Positions 49,384-58,162 of a DNA stretch of 64,000 nucleotides are shown here, piece by piece (position 1 is the stretch's first letter; each line of letters opens with the position of its first letter). This DNA is from an uncultured Planctomycetaceae bacterium. Its GTDB lineage: Bacteria; Planctomycetota; Phycisphaerae; SM23-33. The position numbers were made by a program, and so were the translations under genes. The stretch covers positions 63,940 through 127,939 of the forward strand of contig CAZOVB010000001.1 of NCBI GenBank assembly GCA_964583095.1, given 5' to 3'. The notes under the pieces were generated by a model. That model saw only the letters and a program-made list of their open reading frames with translations. It was not told where the DNA came from and ran no database searches.

Positions 49384-50457
49384 ATGCCCAAAGAAATGAC
49401 TTCCCGAGAGCGGATCGGGCGGGTGTTCGACCACAAGACCCCAGACCGCGTGCCCTTCTGGGATTCCCCCTGGGGTCCCACCGTCGCCCGCTGGCGGCGT
49501 GAAGGGCTCGGCCCCGAAGAAGACTGGCGGGACCACTTCGGTCTGGACCGCATTCTCAGCATTCGCCCGGACAACACCCCCCGCTACCCCCACAAGGTGG
49601 TGGAGGAAACCGAGCAATACGTCATTGCCACCGATGCCTGGGGCACCACGTTGAAAAACTGGAAACACCAGGCCTCCTGTCCGGAACACCTGGGCAATAC
49701 CATCGTGGACCCGGACGCATGGGCAAAGGCGAAAGATCGCATGACCGTCTCCCGCGATCGGGTCGACTGGGAAAAGCTCCAAGCCCAGTACGCCCAGTCA
49801 ACGCCCCGCGGGGACTGGCGCATGGGCGTGCTCTGGTTCGGGTTCGATATCACCCATTCCCGCGTCGTGGGTACCGAGCGCACCCTGATGGCCATGGTGG
49901 AACAGCCCGAGTGGATCATGGACATTTTCGACACGCAGTTGAACCTTTCCATCGCCCTGCTGGAAATGGTCCTCGATGCCGGCTATGAGCTGGACTGTGT
50001 CGACTGGCCCGACGACATGGGCTACAAGTACAACCAGTTCTTCTCACTGGGGATGTACCGAGAGCTTCTCAAGCCTTTCCACAAGAAGGCGGCTGACTGG
50101 GCCAGGAGCAAAGGCCTTCGCGTCCGCATGCATTCCTGCGGAGACATTCGCCCGTTCATCGGGGACCTGGTGGAAATCGGCATCGAATGCCTCAATCCAT
50201 TGGAAGTCAAGGCCGGCGTCGACCCGCTGGAAGTCAAGAGCAGCTACGGGAAGGATCTCGTCCTCCACGGGGGAATCAATGCCCTGCTCATGCGGGATTA
50301 CCACAGCGTGGAAGAGGAAATGCGAAGGTTGATCCCGAAGATGAAGGAAGGCAGCGGATACATCTTCGCCACCGATCACTCGATTCCCTCCAACTGCAGC
50401 TTCGAGGAATTCGGGCGCATCGTCGAGCTTTACAAGCAGTTGGGCAGCTACGACTAG
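49384..50457 (+). CDS. Uroporphyrinogen decarboxylase (URO-D) family protein, paralog 2
   Basis: Same architecture (TPDRVPFWD, HSCGDIRPFIGDLVEIGIECLNPLE, LHGGINA). 357 aa. Confidence 0.7.
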   Translation: MPKEMTSRERIGRVFDHKTPDRVPFWDSPWGPTVARWRREGLGPEEDWRDHFGLDRILSIRPDNTPRYPHKVVEETEQYVIATDAWGTTLKNWKHQASCPEHLGNTIVDPDAWAKAKDRMTVSRDRVDWEKLQAQYAQSTPRGDWRMGVLWFGFDITHSRVVGTERTLMAMVEQPEWIMDIFDTQLNLSIALLEMVLDAGYELDCVDWPDDMGYKYNQFFSLGMYRELLKPFHKKAADWARSKGLRVRMHSCGDIRPFIGDLVEIGIECLNPLEVKAGVDPLEVKSSYGKDLVLHGGINALLMRDYHSVEEEMRRLIPKMKEGSGYIFATDHSIPSNCSFEEFGRIVELYKQLGSYD

Positions 50458-50502
50458 CCCTTTATCGCCGTACCGAAGGAAAGGATCTGCCCCGCGGACC
50501 TG

Positions 50503-52329
50503 CTACTGGACGGCATCGACCTTCAGGTGCTGCCCCGCGCGGGTCAGGCGCAGTTGCACACCGTCGCCGACGACGCTTGCTCCGTCGGCATCTTCATCGA
50601 CTCGAAGGGAATTGCTCATCGCGTGGCGGGAGAAGACCGCACAGGTCAGGCTTCGCCCCATCACACCGCCGCTGACATGCAGATAACGGTCGATGGAGTT
50701 GGCGGCCAGGTTGCGTCGTTTCGACCAGACATTGATCGGAGAAGTCGAGGCCATGGCGAAACCCACCTGACTCTGGCGTCCGATGATTCGACCCAGGAGT
50801 TTTTCGCTGTCCAGTTGGATTTCCCCCCGGGTATGCCAGAAAGACTCCACCTTTTCAGGCATCCCCAGTTGCAGTTCGTCCAGGACCACCAGGGACTGCC
50901 CCTTGCCCTGAGCATCCAGAATCATCACCAGGTGGCGGATAAAAGACACCCCCTCTCCCAAGGCTTCGCCGGCATCGCAGGCGATCCAGCGATACTTCTG
51001 TCCTGACTGATCGGCCAGGATCCGTCCGCGTGCGTCGGGGCGGTGGTCTTCCTCGGCTACCGTGAGGGTATTGTGAGCCCGGGCCTGGGAGAGCGAGAAT
51101 CCATCCTGATCTTGTGCACCGTAGTCCGACGAACCGTTGGGGCCGTGGGGATCAAGCAGAATCATCTCGGAATCCACCTGCAGGTGGAAGGAGTTCATAT
51201 CGTGGTGCGAGCGGTTGGCAGCCAGGTCGCCCGCCTTGATCGAGGCATAGAAATCGGGTCGAGGCCAGGCATCGGCCATGGCCGCCCATCCGATCTCCGA
51301 GAAGGTCTTGACCGGCTCGAGTCGGGCAGAGCGATAGAGCGGCTTTTCGCTGCGGCAGAGGATTGCAAGCCCGGCCGTCGACCAACCGGTCGTGTCCGTG
51401 TCGCGGTGGAAACTGTACGTGTCGAGCCACCAGCCGATCGGCTCGCACTCCATGCGCTTTTCCAGCAGGTACATGGCGCCATACAAGGGAACGATCGGGG
51501 CGTCGCCGAAACCGGCCGACTGCCCATTGGGGCTGAAGTAGATCGGAAACAGACCCGTCTGGTCCATCCCGCGATGGTGATACAATCGCTGGTCGTCCAT
51601 CAGGCGGGTCATGCCCTCTGCCAGAAGCAGAAGGTACCGGAAGCCGTATCCCCAATACCCCGGGCCCTCGTCCCATCCGCCGTCACTGCTCAGGGCATCC
51701 TGAAAGCGTTTGACTCCCTTTACAGCCAGATCGCAGGCCTTGGCTGCTTCGGGATCTTCGTCGCCCAATGCCAAAGCTGTCAGTCCGCAGCCTCCGTTGA
51801 TCACGGCATTCCAACTGTGGTAGCAGGAGTACCACCACTCGCCTGCCTCGACTGCCTGAAGATACGGAAGAATCACCCGCTGCCTCAACACCTCCATCGC
51901 CTGATTCCGGGCGGACTGGGCCAGATCGTCCCACATCCAGTCCAGGGCCAGGACCACCGCGACGGCCGCCTCGGCCGTGCACAGATCCACCGTCGAATGG
52001 GTATGAGACGGATCGTGCCACGTGCTCCAGCGAAGCAGGCTTTCCAGTTCCTCCAAGGCTCGGCTGTGGTAGGCCCGGTTGGAATCGATTGCGTCGCTGA
52101 TGAGCAGATCGAGAATCCTTCCTTGGGCTGCCTGGGCGGCCGTGACGGCCGCATGCCGCTTGCCCTGAGACCAGATCGACCGCCACTGCCCCTCGGAAAT
52201 CGGCGGAGATTCCAGGATCAGCGCGCAGCGTTTCTCCAGGTGATCGGAGAACTCGTCGAACGGCCGGGCCTGCACTCGTTTGGCCAGGCTGCGGAATTCC
52301 CCGCCGTCTGCCAGGATACCACGTCTCAT
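50503..52329 (-). CDS. Heparinase II/III-like (alginate-lyase-like N-domain) protein, no signal peptide
   Basis: ANRSHHDMNSFHLQVDSEMILLDPHG matches the GHxHxDxxSFxL..G..L..DxG heparinase II/III signature. N-terminal (alpha/alpha) toroid W-rich region. Start taken at the internal Met (MRRGIL) of the 52476 ORF. Confidence 0.6.
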   Translation of the reverse strand: MRRGILADGGEFRSLAKRVQARPFDEFSDHLEKRCALILESPPISEGQWRSIWSQGKRHAAVTAAQAAQGRILDLLISDAIDSNRAYHSRALEELESLLRWSTWHDPSHTHSTVDLCTAEAAVAVVLALDWMWDDLAQSARNQAMEVLRQRVILPYLQAVEAGEWWYSCYHSWNAVINGGCGLTALALGDEDPEAAKACDLAVKGVKRFQDALSSDGGWDEGPGYWGYGFRYLLLLAEGMTRLMDDQRLYHHRGMDQTGLFPIYFSPNGQSAGFGDAPIVPLYGAMYLLEKRMECEPIGWWLDTYSFHRDTDTTGWSTAGLAILCRSEKPLYRSARLEPVKTFSEIGWAAMADAWPRPDFYASIKAGDLAANRSHHDMNSFHLQVDSEMILLDPHGPNGSSDYGAQDQDGFSLSQARAHNTLTVAEEDHRPDARGRILADQSGQKYRWIACDAGEALGEGVSFIRHLVMILDAQGKGQSLVVLDELQLGMPEKVESFWHTRGEIQLDSEKLLGRIIGRQSQVGFAMASTSPINVWSKRRNLAANSIDRYLHVSGGVMGRSLTCAVFSRHAMSNSLRVDEDADGASVVGDGVQLRLTRAGQHLKVDAVQ

Positions 52330-52463
52330 CGAGAACCTTTCTGCTCTTTGCTGAAGACCGGTCTGCCAGCATAGAAATCCTCCCCGGGCAAAGCAAGGGC
52401 AAGCTCTTGACGGGCGCGTCGCTTCTGGGCGACAATGCGCTTTTGAACCTGAACGAGGAAGCC

Positions 52464-53162
52464 ATGCTCGAAGCATTGAAAGAGGAAGTATATCAGGCGA
52501 ACATGAAGCTGGTCGCCGATGGCCTGGTCCTGCACACCTGGGGCAACGCCAGCGGGATCGACGCGGATCGAAAGCTCGTGGTCATCAAGCCATCGGGGGT
52601 TGAGTACGACCGGATGAAGCCCGGGCAGATGGTTGTCGTCTCGCTGGAAGACGGAAAAGTCGTAGAGGGCGATCTGCGTCCCAGCAGCGATACGCCCACC
52701 CATCTGGAACTGTACCGCGGGTTCGAGCAGATCGGCGGCGTCGTCCATACCCACAGTCTAAGCGCCACCGCCTGGGCCCAGACGCACAAGCCCATTCCGG
52801 TTCTGGGTACGACCCATGCGGACTACTTCTACGGGCCCGTGCCCCTGACCCGGGCCATGGATCCCGGCGAGATCGGCAAAGACTACGAGCGCAATACCGG
52901 AAAGGTGATCGTAGAGAGATTCGCCCAGGATGACCTGAACCCCCAGCACCTGCCCGGCGTGCTCGTCGCCGCCCACGGGCCCTTTGCCTGGGGCAAGGAT
53001 CCCGCCCAGGCAGCCTTTCATGCCCAGATCCTGGAACACCTGGCCTTGCTGGCCAGCCAGACGCTTCGTCTCAGCGGCTACCCGCCCCGCTTTTCGCCGG
53101 AACTGCTGGACAAGCACTTCCTTCGCAAGCATGGCAAGAACGCCTATTACGGGCAGAAATAG
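52464..53162 (+). CDS. araD: L-ribulose-5-phosphate 4-epimerase (class II aldolase/adducin family)
   Basis: HTWGNASG..VIKPSGVEYDRMKP..HTHS motifs. About 232 aa. Start taken at the internal Met (MLEALKEE) of the 52407 ORF. Confidence 0.8.
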   Translation: MLEALKEEVYQANMKLVADGLVLHTWGNASGIDADRKLVVIKPSGVEYDRMKPGQMVVVSLEDGKVVEGDLRPSSDTPTHLELYRGFEQIGGVVHTHSLSATAWAQTHKPIPVLGTTHADYFYGPVPLTRAMDPGEIGKDYERNTGKVIVERFAQDDLNPQHLPGVLVAAHGPFAWGKDPAQAAFHAQILEHLALLASQTLRLSGYPPRFSPELLDKHFLRKHGKNAYYGQK

Positions 53163-53224
53163 CCCCGACTTCCTCAGGCAAAGAACCATCGGCCCGAAGT
53201 GGCCGCCTCAGCAAGGAGAATTCC

Positions 53225-53983
53225 ATGCCGGATCTCGGCGTCAACATCGATCATATCGCAACCCTCCGACAGGCCCGGCGAACGTTTGAGCCCGACCCGG
53301 TCCTGGCCGCCGGACAGGCCCAGCTTGGCGGGGCCTCGTGCATTACCTTCCATCTGCGAAAGGACCGCAGGCACATCCAGGACCGCGATGCGCAACTGCT
53401 CAAACAGACCGTTACGGTCAAGTTGAACATGGAAATGTCGCTGGATGAGGAAATCGTGGACATCGCGATGGAACTCAAGCCCGACCAAGTGACCCTGGTG
53501 CCCGAGAACCGACAGGAAATCACCACCGAAGGAGGCCTGGATACCCGGGCCCAGTATGACCGCTTCGCCCGCGCTGTCGAAAAGCTCAAAGGCGCCGGTA
53601 TCGAGATCAGCGCATTCATCGACCCGATCCCCGAGCATATCGACGCCTCAGCCCGGGCCGGTTGCCAAGCCGTCGAGATCCATACCGGCGCTTACGCAAA
53701 CGCCTGGGCGATGCATCCCAGCCAGGGCCGGGCGCAAAAGGTCGCCGACCTGCTCAACCAGATCCGCTCCGGCGTTGCTCATGCACGACAGGCCGGCCTG
53801 GTGGTCCACGGGGGGCACGGCCTGACATACGACAACATCGCCCCCATAGCAGCCATCGATGGCTTTTGCGAATTCAATATAGGCCACTCGATTGTCGCCC
53901 GGGCTACGTGCGTCGGACTCACCTCGGCCGTTCGGGAAATGCTCCAGGCGATAGATCGAGCCGGTTCAGCGAAAGCCACCTGA
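53225..53983 (+). CDS. pdxJ: Pyridoxine 5'-phosphate synthase
   Basis: LGVNIDHIATLRQAR N-terminus. VTLVPE. HGGHGL. 252 aa. Confidence 0.9.
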   Translation: MPDLGVNIDHIATLRQARRTFEPDPVLAAGQAQLGGASCITFHLRKDRRHIQDRDAQLLKQTVTVKLNMEMSLDEEIVDIAMELKPDQVTLVPENRQEITTEGGLDTRAQYDRFARAVEKLKGAGIEISAFIDPIPEHIDASARAGCQAVEIHTGAYANAWAMHPSQGRAQKVADLLNQIRSGVAHARQAGLVVHGGHGLTYDNIAPIAAIDGFCEFNIGHSIVARATCVGLTSAVREMLQAIDRAGSAKAT

Positions 53984-54061
53984 CAAGAGCTCCCCACGAA
54001 CGTATAATCCCCCTGACAAGACGAACCAACCATACGGAACTGCCCCAGACAGGAACCACCG

Positions 54062-54949
54062 ATGAACAAGCCCGAACTGCCCCTGCAAGGATGCCTGACC
54101 GCCCTGGTGACGCCGTTTTCCAACGGGCAAGTCGATTTCGACGCCCTGGGATCCCTGATCGAAGACCTGATCTCCTCGGGCATGCAGGGCCTGGTCCCCT
54201 GCGGAACCACCGGGGAGAGTCCGACCCTGAGTCACGAGGAGCACCAGAAAGTCGTCGAATTCACCGTCCAGAGAGCCGACCGACGGGCCGTGGTGGTCGC
54301 CGGCACCGGCTCCAACGCCACGGGGGAAGCCCTCGAACTGACCCGCCACGCAAAAGAGGTCGGCGCCGATGCCTGCCTGGTGGTAAACCCCTACTACAAC
54401 AAGCCGACCCAGGAAGGGATGTTCGCCCACATCCAACAGTTGGCCAAGGCGAAGCTTCCCATCGTCCTCTACAATATTCCCGGTCGAACGGGCATCGAAC
54501 TTGCTCCCGAAACCATGATCCGCATGTATGAGCAGATCGACATGGTGGTGGCTGTCAAGGAAGCCACCGGTAAGATGGACACCGCCTCGGCCCTGGCCTG
54601 TGCATGCGACATCACCATTCTCTCCGGGGATGATTCCCTGACCGCTCCCTTGGGGGCGGTCGGCGGAAAGGGCGTGATCAGCGTTCTGGGCAATCTTCTG
54701 CCTGCCGAGATCCGCAAGCTCACCGATGCCATCCTGGCCGGAAAACCATACGAGGCCATCCAGCAGCATCTAAAGCTCTTCCCCCTCTTTAAGGGCATGT
54801 TCATGGAGACCAACCCGATTCCGATCAAGGCGGCCCTTTCGATGGTCGGCAAGATCTCCAACGAGTTGCGTCTGCCCATGACGCCCTTGACCGAAGGCAA
54901 CCAGCCGGCTTTGCGCAAGCTCCTGGCCGACTTCGGCCTGGCTGTCTGA
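54062..54949 (+). CDS. dapA: 4-hydroxy-tetrahydrodipicolinate synthase
   Basis: VTPF..CGTTGESPTLSHEEH..YYNKP..VAVKEATG (active-site Lys). 295 aa. Confidence 0.85.
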   Translation: MNKPELPLQGCLTALVTPFSNGQVDFDALGSLIEDLISSGMQGLVPCGTTGESPTLSHEEHQKVVEFTVQRADRRAVVVAGTGSNATGEALELTRHAKEVGADACLVVNPYYNKPTQEGMFAHIQQLAKAKLPIVLYNIPGRTGIELAPETMIRMYEQIDMVVAVKEATGKMDTASALACACDITILSGDDSLTAPLGAVGGKGVISVLGNLLPAEIRKLTDAILAGKPYEAIQQHLKLFPLFKGMFMETNPIPIKAALSMVGKISNELRLPMTPLTEGNQPALRKLLADFGLAV

Positions 54950-55208
54950 GGCGAACCCTCTGAATCCCGGGATCTCAGGTCCGGATCGCAGACGGACTTT
55001 CCCTCAAGACAAAACGCAAGACCCCAAGGCCCGCACGGTGCCCTCTGCGCCCTGGTCGATTCGTGCCCGGGCTCTGTCGAATCTCCCGGGACTAATTCAG
55101 CCTCGCCCCTATCGCGCCGATAAGCCTTCCTGTATTGCAGGTGACCTTCCGCGCCCCCGCAGCGAGGGGTCCTGATCTGAGTTTCGCCGGGACAAGCGAG
55201 CCCACGAG

Positions 55209-56636
55209 ATGTCAAAGAAAAGCCTCATTGCGATCATCGCTTGCGTGCTCGCGCTGGATGGGTGCAACTACAACGTATTCAACCCCACCAAACCCCCCAA
55301 CTTCGTCAAGGTCTACCGGACCGGTAACGAACAGCAGATCATCGAGCAGTATTCCGCCGAGGATCGACAACTCTTCGGCTTGAAGCAGACCTACCCCAAT
55401 GCCCTGGATGAAGCATTCCAGGTTCTGCGCAACCGGGCCTACCCCACTCCCAATGAAAAGGCCCTGATCCGGGCTGCCATCCAGAGTATGTGCAGGGAAT
55501 ACGAGAGCCAGACCCAGAGGCCGGTCCCTTCGGCCCATCGTGAAGCGTGGATCTGGAACGCCTATCGCAGCCGCACTTTCCAGGAGGTCCTGGAACAGTT
55601 CGATGCAGCAAAGCCGAAGCTCGCAAGCTCGGAAAAGCTCATCGAAGAGGGCTTACGAGGGATGCTGCATGTCGCGGGACCCCGTTCAGCCCAACTGCTG
55701 GACCCGGCCGCCGCGTCGGCTTTTCAGCAGATCCAGGCCGAGCAGCAGACTCCCGAAGAGGGCATTGTGGGAATTACGGTTGATCGCTGGCCGGTGGTGG
55801 AGGTCCTGCCCCTGTCCCCTGCCGCCGAAGCGGGTCTGAAAAACGGCGACGAGATCCTCTCGATCAACGGGGCAAGTGTGAACGAATCCACCCCGGCTCA
55901 CCGACGGGATGAATTGCTGGAAGGTCCTGCCGGATCCCAGCTTACGATGACCTTCCGGCGTAACGGAAAGGCCTACCGGGCCACAATTCACCGCGGGACC
56001 CGCTCGGCGATGAGCGTCCGGGCTTCCATTCCCTCCCCGGGCGTGTGTTACCTTCGGATCCCCACATTTGAAGGATCCGGTGTCGCCGACAAGGTCAAGA
56101 CCCTCGTGGGCCGGGCTGCCGCAGCCGGGGTGAGAAGCTTCCTGCTGGACCTGCGAGGCAACTCCGGGGGGAGCATCACCGAAGCCAACGCCATCGCCGA
56201 TCTTTTCGTAGACAATCGTCCCCTCCAAACCTTCGCCTTCCGCATCGGCAGGCGGGTGATCTTCAAGGCCTCCAAGGGCAAGATCGACGCCGACGTGCTT
56301 GTTCTGACCAATCGTTCGACGGCCTCGGCGGCAGAGATGCTTGCCATGGCTCTCCGGGACAACCAGGCGGCCCGGATTGTCGGAGAAGACACCTTCGGAG
56401 CCTTATTCGGCAAGGAGTTCCATCAGTTGGCCTGTGGACATATCCTCTTCTTCCGGGCGGAGTTGACCATCCTCAGCCCGCAGGGAGAAGACTACTCTCT
56501 GACGGGGATTCCGCCCGATCTGGCCGTCGAGGATCGCAACTCCGGTGCCGGGGATGCCATCTATGCCGCGGCTCTGCAGCAAGCCAGGCAGACCCTGTTG
56601 GCCCAGTCGCAGGAGCCGGATACGCAGGTCCCCTGA
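55209..56636 (+). CDS. S41 family C-terminal processing peptidase (lipoprotein, PDZ domain)
   Basis: Lipobox LALDGC. PDZ (GLKNGDEILSINGASV). Catalytic TNRSTASAAEMLAMAL segment. Confidence 0.75.
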   Translation: MSKKSLIAIIACVLALDGCNYNVFNPTKPPNFVKVYRTGNEQQIIEQYSAEDRQLFGLKQTYPNALDEAFQVLRNRAYPTPNEKALIRAAIQSMCREYESQTQRPVPSAHREAWIWNAYRSRTFQEVLEQFDAAKPKLASSEKLIEEGLRGMLHVAGPRSAQLLDPAAASAFQQIQAEQQTPEEGIVGITVDRWPVVEVLPLSPAAEAGLKNGDEILSINGASVNESTPAHRRDELLEGPAGSQLTMTFRRNGKAYRATIHRGTRSAMSVRASIPSPGVCYLRIPTFEGSGVADKVKTLVGRAAAAGVRSFLLDLRGNSGGSITEANAIADLFVDNRPLQTFAFRIGRRVIFKASKGKIDADVLVLTNRSTASAAEMLAMALRDNQAARIVGEDTFGALFGKEFHQLACGHILFFRAELTILSPQGEDYSLTGIPPDLAVEDRNSGAGDAIYAAALQQARQTLLAQSQEPDTQVP

Positions 56637-56641
56637 ATCCT

Positions 56642-56959
56642 TCACCGGCAGGGATCTTCAATCCATTCTCGATAGCAGGCCCCGCACAGGTGGAGTACCA
56701 GGCTGCGGTGCACCTGGTCCATCAGTTCCTGGGGTGACATCTGTTCCATTTGGGCCAGGAGTTGATCGATCTGGCCGCGGAGATCGCCTTCCAGATCTTC
56801 CATGTCGAATTGGGGCGGATAGGGATCCGCCACCGCCTCGATCCGCACCTGATAGAAGTTTCCGGAACCGGGCATCAGGTCGCAGCCGCAGCGGTGGCAC
56901 AGCAGGGCGGCGTTGTCCGGGGCAGAAGAATCCGAGGGCGGGTCGGCATCGGGGCTCAT
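56642..56959 (-). CDS. Small split zinc-ribbon protein (CxxC-x66-CxxC) with acidic helical core
   Basis: About 106 aa from ATG 56959: LLCHRCGCDL ... LHLCGACYREW. 28 nt downstream of the GGDEF response regulator gene on the same strand. The longer track ORF (to 57286) would overlap that gene. Confidence 0.4.
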   Translation of the reverse strand: MSPDADPPSDSSAPDNAALLCHRCGCDLMPGSGNFYQVRIEAVADPYPPQFDMEDLEGDLRGQIDQLLAQMEQMSPQELMDQVHRSLVLHLCGACYREWIEDPCR

Positions 56960-56987
56960 GCCCGTAAGTGTACCTTCTGGGCCAGGG

Positions 56988-58007
56988 TTACTGCAACGTC
57001 TCCTGGGTCCGACTGAAGGTGACGATCCTGTCCTTGCCGAGGCTCTTGGCGATATACAGCGCCCGATCGGCCATGGAGACCAGGGCATCGGCGCTGGTGG
57101 GATGATCGGTTTCCAAACTGGCGATTCCGATCGACATGGTGACCTCGTGATTGAGCCGCGGGTGGCTTGCACTTCGCAGGGAGAGTTGCTCGCGGATTCG
57201 CTGGGCCACAGCCGATGCGCGTTGCAGGCAGGTATGGGGAAGCAACAGGACCATCTCATCCCCGCCATAGCGGGCGGCAATGTCACTGGTACGCAGTTCC
57301 TGCTGGATCACGTTGGCTGCCAGGGCCAGTACCTCATCGCCTACCTGATGACCCAGGGTGTCGTTGAGCTGCTTGTAGTGATCCAGATCGCACATGCAGC
57401 AGGACATGTCGAAACCGTACCGCATGGCCTCGCTGAAGGACCGTGTCAGTGACTCGGCGAAGCTTCTCCGGTTGGCCAGGTGGGTCAACGGGTCCGTCTC
57501 GGCCATCTCCTGGAGCCGGTCGAGGGATTCTTCCAACTGGAAGTTCTTGATTCGCAGTTCCTCGCATGTTGCTTCGAGTTTCTGCTGGAGGATTTCCTTT
57601 TCCACGCGGATGCGATGCTGGGCAATGCTCTTGCGAATCACCGCCGGGAGGGCAAAGAGGTAGTCGCCCAGCTTGACAATGTAATCCTGGGCGCCGTTTT
57701 CGATGGCTTCGACCGCCTTGGCCGAGTTGTTTTCGCTCGTGACAAAGACCACGGGAATGTCCGCCCGGGCAAGAATCTGCTCCAGCAGCGCCAGTCCCCC
57801 CATGTCGGGAAGGTGGTCCTCGAGAAGGACCACGTCAAATGATTCCAGGTCCTGCTCCAGGCACTGCCCGGCGGAGCTCACTGCCACCAGTTCCGATCGG
57901 ATCGGATCGTCGTAGTAGACCTCCAGCGCCTCGCGGATCAGTTCTCGCTGATCGCGGTCGTTGTCCACCACGAGGATTCGCGGGTTACGGCGTTGGGACG
58001 GACTCAT
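56988..58007 (-). CDS. Response regulator with GGDEF diguanylate cyclase domain (PleD-like REC-GGDEF)
   Basis: REC (ILVVDNDRD..VLLEDHLPDMGG..VVFVTS). GGDEF domain with intact RYGGDEM A-site and RxxD-like region. Confidence 0.85.
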   Translation of the reverse strand: MSPSQRRNPRILVVDNDRDQRELIREALEVYYDDPIRSELVAVSSAGQCLEQDLESFDVVLLEDHLPDMGGLALLEQILARADIPVVFVTSENNSAKAVEAIENGAQDYIVKLGDYLFALPAVIRKSIAQHRIRVEKEILQQKLEATCEELRIKNFQLEESLDRLQEMAETDPLTHLANRRSFAESLTRSFSEAMRYGFDMSCCMCDLDHYKQLNDTLGHQVGDEVLALAANVIQQELRTSDIAARYGGDEMVLLLPHTCLQRASAVAQRIREQLSLRSASHPRLNHEVTMSIGIASLETDHPTSADALVSMADRALYIAKSLGKDRIVTFSRTQETLQ

Positions 58008-58162
58008 CGGACGTTTCCTGACACACGCCAAGCGCAGGGCCTCCAGCGGAGGCGCACGCCCCTATTAACGGCCTGGCCGGGGCAAGCTTGAGCTTCTGGA
58101 AACTTTCCGGGCCATCCCGTAGAATCTTCCTGTGAGATAACGCTACCCCCGAAAGGACCGAC

